From NCBI GenBank assembly GCA_951406725.2, contig OX597815.1:103912001-103976000 (forward strand): a DNA stretch of 64,000 nt. Reading direction: 5' to 3'. Positions 1 to 13,768 of this stretch are shown in pieces (position 1 is the first letter of the stretch; every line of letters begins with the position of its first letter). A program made the position numbers and the translations under genes. Under the pieces are notes generated by a model, which was not told the origin of the DNA, ran no database searches, and was given only the letters and a program-made list of their open reading frames with translations. This DNA comes from Octopus vulgaris (Eukaryota).

Positions 1-188
1 CCTTACCCTTCCAGCTGAACTGGGCTTATCAGGATATATGAGTGTATGTGCGTGTGCTTATAATTCTGTTATTATGTAAGCGAGCAGATCTACATGTTTA
101 ATGCTAATCAGTAAATCCAGTATCTTTATATCTTAAATTTGACGATAGCAATATATTTGCCAATTTAATTTAAAATATTTAAGGTCAT

Positions 189-844
189 TAAGGCGGCGAA
201 CTGGTAGAAACGTTAGCACGACGGGCAAAATGCTTAGCAGTATTTCGTCTGTCTTTACGTTCTGAGTTCAAATTCAAAGCCCTACTCATAGTATCACATT
301 TTTGTGTCGTGGTTAAAATAGGTTCCAGCAAGTTAAGTGGAATTGCTTAATAGAACTACCATAAAATGACGCTTCTTTTCTAAGATAACATCATCTTTGT
401 GTGTACTCGGCGGATACATATCCCATATAAATGTTGGTGTATACATGGGATATGTTCTTGTATATATGTATGATTTTTAGATGATTAGACAGGACTGCCC
501 AATGGTATTATTTGTATTTATTTGATTTCTGAGTCCAAATTAGGACTTGGCATTCAAATACCATCATAAATCATATTATCGCTTTGATCGCACTGGCAGA
601 AGGTGCAAAGTCGGTCAAATACAGTCTGCAAAAATGTCTTTTCTCTGCAACTGAACATCTGAAATACTTAGTGGTATTTCGTCTGTCTTTACGTTCTGAG
701 TTCAAATTCTGCCGCGGTCGACTTTGCCTTTCATCCTTTCGGGGTCGATAAATTAAGCACTGGCGTCGATGTAATCGACATAGCCCCTTTTGTCTGTCCT
801 TGTGTGTTCTCTCTATGTTTAGACCCTGTGGGCAATAAAGAAAT
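189..844 (+). mobile_element. tRNA-derived SINE, interrupted by a ~385-bp insertion (276-660)
   Basis: Head GGCGGCGAACTGGTAGAAACGTTAGCAC...GAGTTCAAATTC with A/B-box-like motifs; body GCCTTTCATCCTTTCGGGGTCGATAAA recurs throughout the window; flanked by direct repeat AAATATTTAAGGT(C/T)AT at 173-188 and 845-860 (TSD). Confidence 0.8.
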
Positions 845-1419
845 AAATATTTAAGGTTATGGAAAAAAATATCTCGATAATAATGATGCGTGTATGTTTG
901 TTATTTAGAATATTAATCGATACAAAGGCAGCGAGCTAGCAGAAACGTTAGTGAAATACTTAGTGGTATTTCGTCTGTCTTTACGTTCTGAGTTCAAATT
1001 CTGCCGAGGTCGACTTTGCCTTTCATCCTTTCGGGGTCGATAAATTAAGTATCAGTTGCATACTGGGGTCGATCAAAACGACTGCCCTCCCTATCTCAAA
1101 ATTTAGGGCCTTGTACCTAGATTAGAAAAGAATATTAATTGATACACATTCATGTATGTTGAAAGCATTAGCAAGTTTCTCATACATATAAGTACATGCA
1201 TGCATACATATATACAAACATACATACATACATATATACATATATGTAAGAACATATCCCATGTATACACCACCATTTATATGGGATATGTATTCGCCGA
1301 GTACACGCAAAGATAATGTTATCTTAGAAAGAAGCGTCATTTTATGGTAGTTCTATTAAGCAATTCCACTTAACTTGCTGGTACCTATTTTAACCACGAC
1401 ACAAAAATGTGATACTATG
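287..1419. repeat. ~185-bp inverted duplication (287-471 vs ~1236-1419)
   Basis: CATAGTATCACATTTTTGTGTCGTGG...GGGATATGTTCTT at 287-459 is the reverse complement of AAGAACATATCCC...CCACGACACAAAAATGTGATACTATG ending at 1419, with only a few mismatches. Confidence 0.9.
927..1130 (+). mobile_element. tRNA-derived SINE (same family as 189-844)
   Basis: GGCAGCGAGCTAGCAGAAACGTTAG...GAGTTCAAATTCTGCCGAGGTCGACTTTGCCTTTCATCCTTTCGGGGTCGATAAATTAAGT. Confidence 0.8.
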
Positions 1420-2824
1420 TTGAAAATGATATTATTCTTATAGAGATTGTTCCATATCAGTTTCGATTGTTCTTCATTTAATGAATCAGTAATAACTAGT
1501 ATGTTTGAAGAAGTGTAAAATATTTTATAATTCTTCAAATATAATATGCTGAAATATGTTGTACCTACTATCCTTCCTTTTCGCTGTATGCCGATATCGT
1601 GATATATTCACAAATATACTTAATTTAGCTTAAAATAGTATCCCTTAACTTCGATTATATACAAAATGGCAGTTCTAATGCGATGCTCTTCATCACTATA
1701 CATAAGAGCTTTTTCTTTAGTTATTTATTAATTCAGCTCCCAGCTTCACACCTCCATCTGGCCTTTAGATGGCTTTAACAGAATCCAATGCGTTGCATTG
1801 CAAACTATTTAGCCAGATCAATGGTTTCAAGACTTGTAAGTGATTCCATATAGTATGATGTATTCATCCCGTTTCCACTCCTATTTTCGGATCTCTAGCA
1901 TTAACGTTGAGTGGGGGTTACCTCCCAAAATAATCCATAAAAGGAAAATATTCCTATTCTATATATTAAATTTCATCATCAGACCATAACACCCATATAT
2001 TATGTATCTGCTAAACATAGTCATAAAAAGTTAATGTAGGCATCCGCTCTTAAGAAGTAGCTTCTTTCTGTATACAGTGTATCACTGGCTTGATATTAAT
2101 CAGAAGCAATTGAGTATTTTGTTTCCTCTTTTTTATCCAACGTTGACTCTGATCAAGTAGTTCTATGATCAGAGACTTTCCAACCAACGTAATTCCATCC
2201 TTTATGAAGCTCTAAAATCTCTATGTTATTTTTTGTATCGTTTCAATTGTCAAGACAGTAGGGTGTGTTTTGGAAACAATTAAGTTGTTATTTCTAGCAT
2301 GTCGGCTGCCCATATCGTGTCTCCAACGGCTGGCTCGAATTAATGCTTTATAATTCCCTAAATGCAGACTATTGGACCTTGGGGAGAGAAAAATGACACA
2401 CGGAATGTCGTAAGCAACGCAAATAACAGCTAGAAACTTGTTAATTTATTTAAACGGAACCGATTTAGTTTATTTCCTGTATAGAGTGTCTAACGACTAC
2501 ATTTTACTTCTGTCATACTGTATGTGAATCCATGATCATGCATTTACGAGCGTGAAAATATATATGCATATATGGTTGCCTATATATATTCTGTATTTAT
2601 ATACACCGGCACTCTCTTTTATGAGTACGCACACATTTTCCTTGTTTGTTTATTTACGTATGTACTTATGGAACGGCATAGCGGACAAACTATTTGGAAA
2701 ATATAAATTATACACGTGACATAGTAAATTTTATGATCTGTTTCAGAACTATCCAAGGAAATACTATTATCACCGATGTATACATTTGCATCCCCTCGGT
2801 GTCTAATTAGTTTAGTAAGTTCTG

Positions 2825-2885
2825 ATGTACAAAACTCTCGGCCTTTGTGCCACTCTGTTGCTTCTGCTAAATATTAATAATGTAT
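2825..2885 (+). CDS. possible first coding exon (signal peptide) of the CARP-like gene
   Basis: ATG followed by hydrophobic MYKTLGLCATLLLLLNINNV. A phase-1 GTATGT donor at 2886 would splice in frame to the 2991 exon, giving ...NNVYG|SPSSAWSAWWRYEGISG. The donor lies inside a (GTAT)n microsatellite, so this is uncertain. Confidence 0.4.
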
Positions 2886-2990
2886 GTATGTATGTATGTA
2901 TGTATGTATGTATGTATGTATGTATGTATGTATGTATGTATGTATGTACGTATGCACATGCATTCATGAATCTATTTATCTTTCCTTCAG

Positions 2991-3044
2991 ATGGCTCCCC
3001 GTCATCGGCCTGGTCAGCATGGTGGCGTTATGAAGGTATTTCCG
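2991..3044 (+). CDS. exon of a carbonic anhydrase-related protein (CARP, CA10/CA11-like) gene, N-terminal WxxWWxYxGISG motif
   Basis: Good acceptor (ttatctttccttcag) and donor (G/gtgagt); 54 nt, phase 1/1; encodes xGSPSSAWSAWWRYEGIS(G), matching the invertebrate CARP N-terminal motif W.EWWTYDGISGP. No downstream exon recognised in the window. Confidence 0.72.
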
Positions 3045-4169
3045 GTGAGTAATTCTTTTATTTTATAACTAAATACAGTTTGCCTGAAAGCCGAGAAAAC
3101 GCAATAAAGCACACTTACTCGGAAAAATACGTTCGTCAACAAACACAAATATATTTATGCATGTACACGCAGCACACATTCACACAAAACGCACATTCAC
3201 AAATACATACAACCTCACAATTGTGTGTGTTCAAAGTTAGCAAGAAACAAAGATTACACAATTCATTCGAGACTTCAATATATGTACAGACCTATGAAGT
3301 TCATGTTTATGTCTATATATCCAGTTCTGTCTTTGACTAAGCAGCAACTTAAGAACAAAATAAGTTTGAAAAGTTGAGATTCTCAACGGACATAAGCTGA
3401 AATAGTATAGTTTGTGGATAATATTAAAGTTATTTAAAATATTGAAGTTTAAATATACATACTGTGAAGGGAAAAACATACAAGCAGGAGAAATGTTATC
3501 TAAGGCCTTTAAAATCATCTTTGTGTGGTGCTTCAAATATATACTCATTTATACACGATAAAGTCAGCTTGTGATATAATACTGAGCGAAATGGCTATTG
3601 TCCACCTCAGCTTCAACTCTAGGAATTTGAACAATAACGATTTGAACAATTTCATGGTTGAAATAAAACCAGAAACAATATTTTCATGAATTTGTGATTA
3701 GGATATCATTGTTCAAATATCTTTCAGTAAATGAGAATATAACTATTAACCAATGTAATTTTATAGTCAAATATTAATGGAAATAATTGCTAAAAAGTTA
3801 ATGCAGGAATAATTAGTGAAAATGAATAGGTATTTATAATGAGGGTTGTATATTTACTACAAAATGGCATTAAAGTAATACTTGTTTTCATTTTTAACAA
3901 ATATACAAGCGCATACATATAGACAAAAGGGTGTAAGAAAATAACACTCAGCACATTTGGTGAGTTACCTATAATTTTAATAACAATTTGACACAGTTCC
4001 TACTAACTTAAAATTTCGTTGGTGAGTAGGGTCGTTCATCACATCCGAAGTTAGGTCATCCATCTGATGAAAGGGATGTATCGTACGCACCGACGAAACT
4101 TTAAATCATGCGGAACATAGTCCAGTTATTATGAAATACGTGTGCAAGCATGTATATTTTTTTTGTTTC

Positions 4170-5426
4170 ATCTTGTTTCAGCTCACGAGCAGTGATCATT
4201 CTGGGGCACCACCATTCAGTGTTGCTACGTAATTTTACTTCACGAATGCTTTTTAGCAATTGACATTTGGTGCATGAGAGGGCTTGGTGCAGCTGCCCTC
4301 ATCTGCACCTCCTGCCGCGAAGTTGGTTCATCTGGGACACCTTACAGGAAGAGGTCCAGCTTTATTTTGAAGACACCAACATCCCCCCCATGCAGGTCTC
4401 TCAGGTCCTTCAGGAGATTATTGAAGAGCTGTGGACCTCTGAAGCTCAGGCTATTGCAGTATCTTGTCCTACATCTTGATGGCAAATTTGGAGTCCTTGG
4501 CACTATGCAGCGGCGCCCAGTTCTAGTATTTGTGTAACTCTCGAGGCCAAAGGTTTGGGACAAGTCCATCCAGGATCTTCCAGATGTATATTATGGCATA
4601 TCTTTCTCGCCTACGCTCTAAGGAATAGAGTCTTAATCTCTTGAGTCTTTCCCAATAGCTTATATGCTGCATAGATGCTATCTTCGTGTAGCTTCGTTGG
4701 ATTGCCTCAAGTTCTGAGATTAATTTGACACTGGTTGGTGACCATAGCTGAGAGCAATAGTCAAAGTGGCTTAGAACAAGTGTCCTTCAGAGGACCATCA
4801 TGGTTTCCTGGTTTCTTGTTCTAAAAGTTCTAAGAATCCATCTGGTCAGCCGCCTACATTTCATTGTCAATTTAGCAACATGCACATGAAAGGTTGCATC
4901 ATTACTCATGTAAATCCCCAAGTCTCGCACTGATTGTGCCTCTGGGATGGCAACCATCCAGGTCCAGTGTATTTATTGGGCATTGCATGTAGTTTTGCAT
5001 GCTGATAGCACAAAGCTTGAAACTTTTCAGCATTAAACTGCATGCTATTCTTTTCAGCCCACTTGTATATTTCATCCAGCTCACATTGCAGGGGCATAGT
5101 GTCTTCAGGGTTCTTGTATTACCTGTGAAACTTTTGTATCATCTGCATAACTTGTGATCGTAGCTCTCTGTGTGACTGAGGGCATTCTGAGAGTGCCATT
5201 ATGAACAGTAGTGGTCCCAAAACCATGCCTTGCGGAACACTGCTCACTATTTGCGTGTCATTGGAGGTGGCCCCATTGGCTACTACCATCTGACTTCTAT
5301 CCTGCAGAAAGTCATGAAGCCATTCTCCAATTTTCCAACTATGCCATGATCACGCAGTTTGTGAAATATCATTCCATGATCGACTGTATCAAAGACCTTT
5401 GCAAAGTCGAGATATATCACTTCCCC

Positions 5427-5428
<2 letters not shown>
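4170..5428 (-). mobile_element. decayed, 5'-truncated CR1/L2-group LINE (RT C-terminal half plus 3' end)
   Basis: Fragmentary minus-strand peptides [72 protein letters not shown], with frameshifts and stops; 5' end abuts (TA)n at ~5428. Confidence 0.85.
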
Positions 5429-5491
<63 letters not shown>

Positions 5492-6201
5492 GCATGTATG
5501 TATAAGTATGTAATACGTATGTATGTATCTATGTATGTATGTATGTATGTATGTATGTATGTATGTATGTATAGGTATGCATATATGTATGCATGCATGT
5601 GTGTATGTATGTATCTACATATATGGTCTTGTATTTGTCACGATAATAGGTATCTCTGATGGGAACTTTTAAAGAGAATCTTTTGACGAAGATAATTCTG
5701 CCATTAACAGAACTGCTATTTTGAACCAATGGACAGTTTGTTATTTTCAATAGAACAACTTCAGTAAGGAACCGCAAATGTTAGTCAAATATTTATCTAA
5801 TTTCCAAGTGGATAAACTAAAGCAAATTTTATTAATTCCCATGACCAATGACTCAGCGCAGATTAGTGACGTTCAACAAAAACACAACATATTAATTGAT
5901 AAAGCTAATATATCATCTATTCAGCCTTTCTGACTCCAAATGAAACATAAGTTATCGTTTCTACACAAAGGGAATCTATTTTTTCTCGTGGCATTCTTTA
6001 TCAGGTTAAAATATTTATATCATTTTTATACATTTATTACAATATTTTGATTTTCTTATGTTTAAACCCTTTGTCTCATTAAGGCACAAAATAATTTGAT
6101 AATGCTTGTACCATATGCATAATCTTATTTAGTTACAAAATGCACCAACTTTTAATCATTAAGGAAAATAGATGTATATGTGTGTGATTGCGAGTGTAAG
6201 C

Positions 6202-6326
<125 letters not shown>

Positions 6327-6957
6327 CATCTATATATATATGCATGTATATATACACACATATATATGCATGCACACGTAGCGTGTATATTTATGTGTGT
6401 GCACATACATAACCATATATACATATATTATACTCATATATACACACACGTAATATATTTCTACATACATATACACATAAAAGCATGCATGTATGCAAAT
6501 ATCTATATAATATAATGCTTGTATGGGTGCGCATATACACATATACAAATATACTCGTACGTATGTTTGTGGCGGTGTTGTATGTGAGTGAATGCATTTA
6601 TATATAAATTCATATTTGAATCATTACATTATGTATGGACAATTTGATTATATGTTTTGTCTCTTGATCCTACAAACATTATGATATAATACTATTAACT
6701 TCAAAGCTGGGATTTCTTTAACAGTCGGTTGAGCGTGTTCACTCACGAGTACGCATGCAATCATATATATAATTCATTCCGCAAATACACATGTGCATTA
6801 TATTCTACATGCTTACAAGATTACACATAGTTATACTTACATGCATACACACACTCATACACATATACTCACATGTGTATGTATGCATGCATTTTTATTA
6901 TATGCTTGTTCGTAATTATGTATGCATATACACATACATATGTGTGTGTGTGTATAG

Positions 6958-6988
<31 letters not shown>

Positions 6989-8265
6989 TATACATATGTG
7001 CGCGCGCGCATGTTTGAATAAATATGGGTGCGTGCGTGCATAGCGTGTAACCCTATATGTATTTGCGTGTTTGAAAGCCCATGTGTATATGTTTGGTATA
7101 TAGTAATATTTTTTGTATCAAGTGTTTCCACTTTTTCTTGCTTCGAAGGAGTGATCATTAAATATCATAATTTAATAAAGGTGAGGAATTATTGAAGAGG
7201 AAGAAGTGTCCATTCAATAATCCACAGAAAATGTCAAACAATTCAATTTACTCTGCATAGCTTCATGTTTCTTCTTTATCTTTTTGGTTTTTGTTGTGTT
7301 TTTTTCCTGATTTCATAGAAATATCATTTCCCACACGCACACAGAAACATCGTATACACTCAGATACACTCATTGTGTGTGTGAATGTGTGAGTGTGTGT
7401 GTGTACACAGAGAGAGAATGTGTGTGTATACGTGTGAGTGTATGTGTGTGTGTGGGCGTGTATGTACGTGTGTACACGTACTCTTCAACGAAATTAAGCC
7501 CACGAGAGCTTTTTCAGATGTTTCTCGTGTGTATTGCGTCGGTCCTAAAGCTGCAAATTAACAACTCTTGAGGATTCATTCATCTCTCCTTTTTCTCTCT
7601 TTCAGTTTCTACTCACCTCTCTCTCTCTCTTTCTTTCTATCTATCTGTCTAGCTATCTATTTATCTGCCTTGCTATGTTTTTCTCTCAGTCGTATTTCTC
7701 CTCTTTACCCTCTTGGACCTTATTTAAAAACAAGACTATATAAATACAAATGCAACGTATGCTATTACTATACGCATCCCACACACTAAGAATTATATCC
7801 AACTAACGTTGGATACTACGTCAGTTAAATATCCAACGCTCAGATTTTATGTTCTTGATAAAGAATTTTATTTTATTTTCCTTTAGAATCATAAAATCCC
7901 AAGGTTAATCAAAGTTTCAACAAGTTTAACCTCATTCATAAGTCGGAGTTCCCATATTGTAAACCTGCTACAAGTTAGAGGCAAATCTGTCTCTTAAAAC
8001 ACCTGACAAGACAGCGTGCAGCTAAATATATTATGACTGACAAAAAAAGATTAGACGTCATAGGTGCGCAGTATTTGATCATAACTCAGTAAGATCAGTG
8101 TCGATCTGACATCAAAACAAATAACATCTGGAAGAGAAGTTGGATATTACAAAACAAAGAAGTATATACTCAATTATTATGCAAAATAAATATATGGTTA
8201 TTTATGTAATGGGGGAGGGATATTTTGTGTACATACATACATACATACATACATGCATACATACA

Positions 8266-8298
<33 letters not shown>

Positions 8299-8337
8299 GC
8301 ATACATACATACATATATACAGCTGCATATATATATA

Positions 8338-8720
8338 TACGAGGTGCATTCATAAAGCATCCGATTTTATCTTTCGGGTCACAACTAATGCCACATGGGC
8401 AAAATCCTCCGTTAAAATAGAATGCGCTGATCCTGTTTTTATTCTCGCTCCGTGAGCGATTTATTGCATTGTTACACGACGTCTTCCATACCTGTTCGGC
8501 TTCTCATTCGGCCCCTCGTTTCGGTTTGTAGATAGCCTGCCTGCCTGAGGATGCTTCGCTCTCCCCTGAGTTACAGCCATGTTTGAAGCGGTTTTGCCAC
8601 TCCCTGATGTGAGATCTGCCCAAGGCATCATTGCCAAAGATCCCCTGAATCTTCTGAATGGTTTGCACTCGTTCATCAACAAGCTTTTGGGAAAACTTCA
8701 TGCAATAACGCTGCCTGATG
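8338..8720 (-). mobile_element. mariner (Tc1/mariner) remnant
   Basis: TACGAGG-type TIR start at 8338; peptide QRYCMKFSQKL..TIQKIQGIFGNDALGRSHIREWQNRFKHG..SGR is a mariner transposase N-terminal HTH. Confidence 0.75.
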
Positions 8721-8889
8721 TGCGCGCGCGTGTGCGTATGCGTGCGCGCGTGTATATCCATGTGTGTATGAGTGTATGTGTGTGTATATGTGTCTCTGTG
8801 TGTATGCGTGTGCGTGTGTGCATGCGTGTGTATTCGTGTGTGTGTGTGTGTGTGTGTGTGAATGCATGTGTGTGTATGTATGCGTGTGT

Positions 8890-9190
8890 TTGCTTTCCAA
8901 CCACATGGTTCTTGTTTCAGTCCCACTGCGAAGCATTTTTAGCCTTCAGTTTAAGACTTATATGTGGATTTGGTACAGGGAAACTCACCCACACACACAT
9001 CTGTGCACGCATGTGTTTATGCTTGTCACCAACCACAGCTTGGCAACAGGTTTGTTTGTTTACGACCTTGTAACTTAGCGGTTTGGCAAAAGAGGTCGTT
9101 AGAATAAGGACCAGGCTTATAAAAAAACAGTACTGGGGTCGATTTCTTTTAGTAAACACTTCAAGGGCTGTAGTTTAATAAATGAAACAG
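8890..9190 (+). mobile_element. decayed SINE
   Basis: CTTTCCAACCACATGGTTC...CAGTCCCACTGCG head and TACTGGGGTCGATT body; reverse-complement relative of the 9280-9745 copy. Confidence 0.6.
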
Positions 9191-9279
9191 GTAAACAGTA
9201 AAAAATAAAATATACTTGTTTATCTTCACTTTTATTCAAAAAGATCTTTTAAATTTAATACTTATAATTTATTCTTTTA

Positions 9280-9745
9280 CTTGATTCAGTCATTTAACTG
9301 CAGCCATGCTGGAGCACATTCTTCAAGGGTTTTAGTCGAACATATCGACCCCAGGACTTATTTTTTAAGCCTGGTACTTATTCTATCGGGACTCTTTTGC
9401 CGGACCGCTAAGTTACGAGGGCATAAACATAACAACACCGGTTGTCAAGCGGTGATGGAGGGACAAACACAGACACAAAGACACATACATAGGTATACAC
9501 AAACATGTATACACATATACACACACATACACACACACATGAACGCACACACATACACACACACTCACACACACACACATACACACACACATATGATGAG
9601 ATTTTTCAGTTTCCATCTACTAAATCCACTCACAAGGAATTAGTCGGCCCGAGGCTATAGTAGAAGACACTTGCCGAAGGAGCAACGCAGTGGGACTGTA
9701 CCCGGAATCATGTGGTTGGGGAGCAAATTTTTTACCACACTGCCA
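9280..9745 (-). mobile_element. tRNA-derived SINE with internal (CA)n
   Basis: GGCCCGAGGCTATAGTAGAAGACACTTGCC...GCAGTGGGACTG...ATGTGGTTGG (reverse-complement tRNA-like head) and LINE-like tail TTCAGTCATTT...GCCATGCTGGAGCAC. Confidence 0.8.
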
Positions 9746-10482
9746 CGTCTACGTCTGGCCATGTTTTCCATAAGCTCGTCCTATTCCCTTCCTCTACACT
9801 TTTATCTATTAGACCTATTTCCCATATTTACTTGGTTGTGGTAATGTTACCCACCCCACAAACTATTAATGATTTCGAAATTTTAGTGTAAGTAGCGTAT
9901 TTTCTATTAAGACCATAGAAAGTTAAATATTTTCCTTCACTAAAATTTTTTACGAAAACTAAAACATTCTAAAAGTCAGTTCCTTTACAAGATACTTTGA
10001 ACTTGCTGAACTATTGTTCTCAGTACCTTGTATCACTAAAAATGGAAAATTAATGAAGGAAACTTGAAGGAAGCTATGATACAAGTTATTGATAATGACA
10101 TCCCTGTGTGATCTGATTAGCGTAAAAAGTAACTTAGCAATTATACCTGCCATGTTAATTTAAACAACCTTTTAGCAACCTCCATCTAATAAATTTTCTC
10201 AACCCTTTTGTTTGTTATTGTACATTCTCCACTCCCGTTCAACACATCTCTTTTACCAATTCTTTCGACTGACTTATTTGCTTAATTTGCATCTTGACTT
10301 TTAAGCACTGTAATGTCCTTTAAACATGTTATTCCTTTATTAAAAATAAAACCCATTTTACACTCCCACTCATTGTATAAATTTTCCTGCTTTTTATAAA
10401 TACATGACGAGGCGATGTTACTTCCATTGACTGAAAACGCTGATAGGCGAAACTTGAAATTCCAGTCAGCTTCATCATCATA

Positions 10483-10553
<71 letters not shown>

Positions 10554-10602
10554 CAGACATACACAAAGACACACACACATGCACATACACACACACACAC
10601 AT

Positions 10603-10643
<41 letters not shown>

Positions 10644-10686
10644 CATATATGGGGTTCATGTAACTATACATAAAGGGAGCGATTTG

Positions 10687-10718
<32 letters not shown>

Positions 10719-11379
10719 TAGATAGATAGATACATACATACATACATACATACATACATACATAAAAATAGATATGCAGGCAGATAGATAAACCTGCGAA
10801 ATCGAGACAACCCACAGGGATAAACAAAAATCGATATAGTTACACCCCCCATCCCTCACCTTCAAGTGTTTGTCAGGATCGATTGGCCCCTGCTCACTGA
10901 CAACCTAAAACATGACAAGGGTAGCAAATAGCAAAATCATGGCAACATGGACGGGCTGACTATAGTTTCCCGGGTCGATGACATCTCAAAAGCGGCAATC
11001 CAAGGAGTTCAAATCGAGTGAACACTGGTATATGAAGTTGGGTTTATATTCGCTACCCTTCCAGGTCTTACATGTCATGAAATTCCCCCTCAATTTTACT
11101 ATCCAGTTTTCAATCCAATGTCTTTCTGCACCACGTTTGATACTCAACTTTACAAATTTGAGATGGCTGGTGAATAACCTTCATAGTTTCGTTGATGATG
11201 TTAATGATGCGAGTGTAGGAGAAAGCCCTGCTAGGACAAAATTCCCTAGAAAAAGACCCTGAGGACAAATCGCACTCCTACAACAAAACGAACAAGAATT
11301 TTAAAATCATAAGTTTTACTTTTATTATTTGTAGTTTATGAACACATCTCTGAGATGTAAAATATTCTTTTCTTTTCTA

Positions 11380-11763
11380 GACACAAGGCCCGAAATTTCG
11401 GGGGTAGGGAGGCAGTCGATTACATCGACTCCAATACGCAACTCGTACTTAATTTATCGATCCCAAAAGGATGAAAGGCAAAGTCAACCTCGGCGGAATT
11501 TGAGCTCAGAACATAAAGACAGATGAAATACCTATTTCTTTACTACCCACAAGGGGCTAAACACAGAAGGGACAAACAAGGACAGACAAACGGATTAAGT
11601 CGACTTTATCGACCCCAGTGTGTAACTGGTATTTATTTAATCGACTCCGAAAGGATGAAAGGCAAAGTCCACATCGGCGGGATTTGAACTCAGAACGTAG
11701 CGGTAGACGAAATACCACTAAGCATTCCGTCCAGCGTGCTAACGTTTCTGCCAGCTCGCCGCC
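11380..11763 (-). mobile_element. two nested/tandem tRNA-derived SINE copies
   Basis: Two AAGGATGAAAGGCAAAGTC..GGCGG..TTTGA(A/G)CTCAGAAC blocks; ends with CTGCCAGCTCGCCGCC (reverse-complement head). Confidence 0.8.
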
Positions 11764-11879
11764 TTTGGGACGTAACATATTACATTAATTATATGACAAA
11801 CCTATAACAAAAATTAGCATAATAAAAACTAAATCATACCATATCTTTGCAAAATTCAAACAAACACAAAATTCTATTC

Positions 11880-12000
11880 TACTCTAAGCACAAGGCCTGA
11901 AATTTTCGGGGTCGATAAATTAAGTACCAGTTGCATACTCGAGTCGATCTAATCGACTGGCCCCCTCCCTAAAATTTCGGGCTGTGCGCCTAGAGTAGAA
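11880..12000. mobile_element. SINE fragments
   Basis: TTTCGGGGTCGATAAATTAAGTACCAGTTGCATAC..GTCGATCTAATCGACTGGCC body of the 927-1130 family. Confidence 0.65.
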
Positions 12001-12113
12001 AAGAAAAAATATATATGTGTATGTGTCTATGTATATATATATATATATATATGAAATATGCAGGTAGATATGTAGGTATATGTGTATGTGTGTGTGCAGA
12101 GAGAAAGAGAGAG

Positions 12114-12144
<31 letters not shown>

Positions 12145-12249
12145 ACGAAAGAGTTTGAGTTAAAGAAGAAATAAAGGAGGGCAAGAGATATTATCGCCTA
12201 TTTGCACACAATCAATTGCAGTGAAGCAAATAGAAACACACATCCAAGT

Positions 12250-12321
<72 letters not shown>

Positions 12322-13224
12322 ATGCACATATGTATTATGCGCGCGCATACTGAAACAGTGCTGCCAACGTAGAATATAATTTCTCATTTACCTAACCTTT
12401 TGCCTCTTTTGTCAACTGGAACTGCCCCTTTCCTCTCTACTTTTCCCTAATGTTTAATTAGCAGACGTGAACGTCAAGAGTGTTATCATTTTATATTCTA
12501 GTATCAAATATTTAGACTGTTTTTAAGCTGTAGTATCAGGTGAAAAGGTCATTAGTTATAAAACTGTCCTGTTCCACTTGATAATTTCGTGAATATTCAC
12601 CTTGCATAAATGAAAAAAAATCAAATGACCTTTGGAAAATAAAGGTTTGTTTGTCGGTGTTAAAATTGTAGTTCGGAATTCTGATCAAAACTCTTAACAT
12701 GAAAACAATAAAATCCTTAGCATTTTATATTACTAATGAATATTTTCCTGTTTCGCTTATTTTATGTTAAATTCCACAGTGAACGACTTCAAAGTGATTT
12801 TTGTAGCCTCTCAATCTCTGATGTGACTCCTTTTAGTGACCCCTTTCCTTCTCAAATGTAACATAACTAAATCTTTGTCTCAAAGGCATTCGCATTCTCT
12901 TCGTAGCCAGAAAGTCATCTCTGATCATTTCCAAGTTTTTTCGAAGGTAAGATGCTCTCCCACAGAGACATGGCCACGCATCACAGACGGGAGAGTTGCT
13001 ACAAACAAAATCATTAAAAACCTGATTGATCTGACTGGTTGTCAAATCTGCACCTAATTTCCCTCTACGACAATAAATCCACTTCAGTACAATTATTCTT
13101 CTAGTTTTCTATGACGGTTTCTACTCCTTAAAAAAAGCAGTATACACATCGCTAAACATTACCCTTTCTTTGTCATTTCCATTATACTTCACATCAAATT
13201 TCCTAACATATTTATCTATCTCTC

Positions 13225-13327
<103 letters not shown>

Positions 13328-13334
13328 TTATTCT

Positions 13335-13558
13335 TTTACTTGTTTCAGTCATTTTTACTGTGGCGATGCTGGAACACCGCCTTTTAGTTGAAGAAATTGA
13401 CCCCTGGACTTATTCTTTGTAAAGCCTGGTACTTATTCTATCGGGCTCTTTCGCCAAACCGCTAATTTACGGGGACATAAACACAAGATCGGTTGTCAAG
13501 CGATGGTGGAGGGAAAAACACAGATACAAACACACAAATATATACTTATATTTGTGTT

Positions 13559-13615
<57 letters not shown>

Positions 13616-13768
13616 CTGTGTGTCTGAGAGGCGTCTTTCAGTTTCCGTCTACCAAATCCACTCACAAGGCTTTGGTCGGCCCGAGACTATAGTAGAAGAC
13701 ACTTGCCCAAGGTGCCGCGAAGTGGGACTGAATCCAGGACCATGTGGTTGGGAAGCAAGCTTTTTACC
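13335..13768 (-). mobile_element. tRNA-derived SINE (family of 9280-9745)
   Basis: Colinear with the 9280-9745 copy over tail, body and head. Confidence 0.8.
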
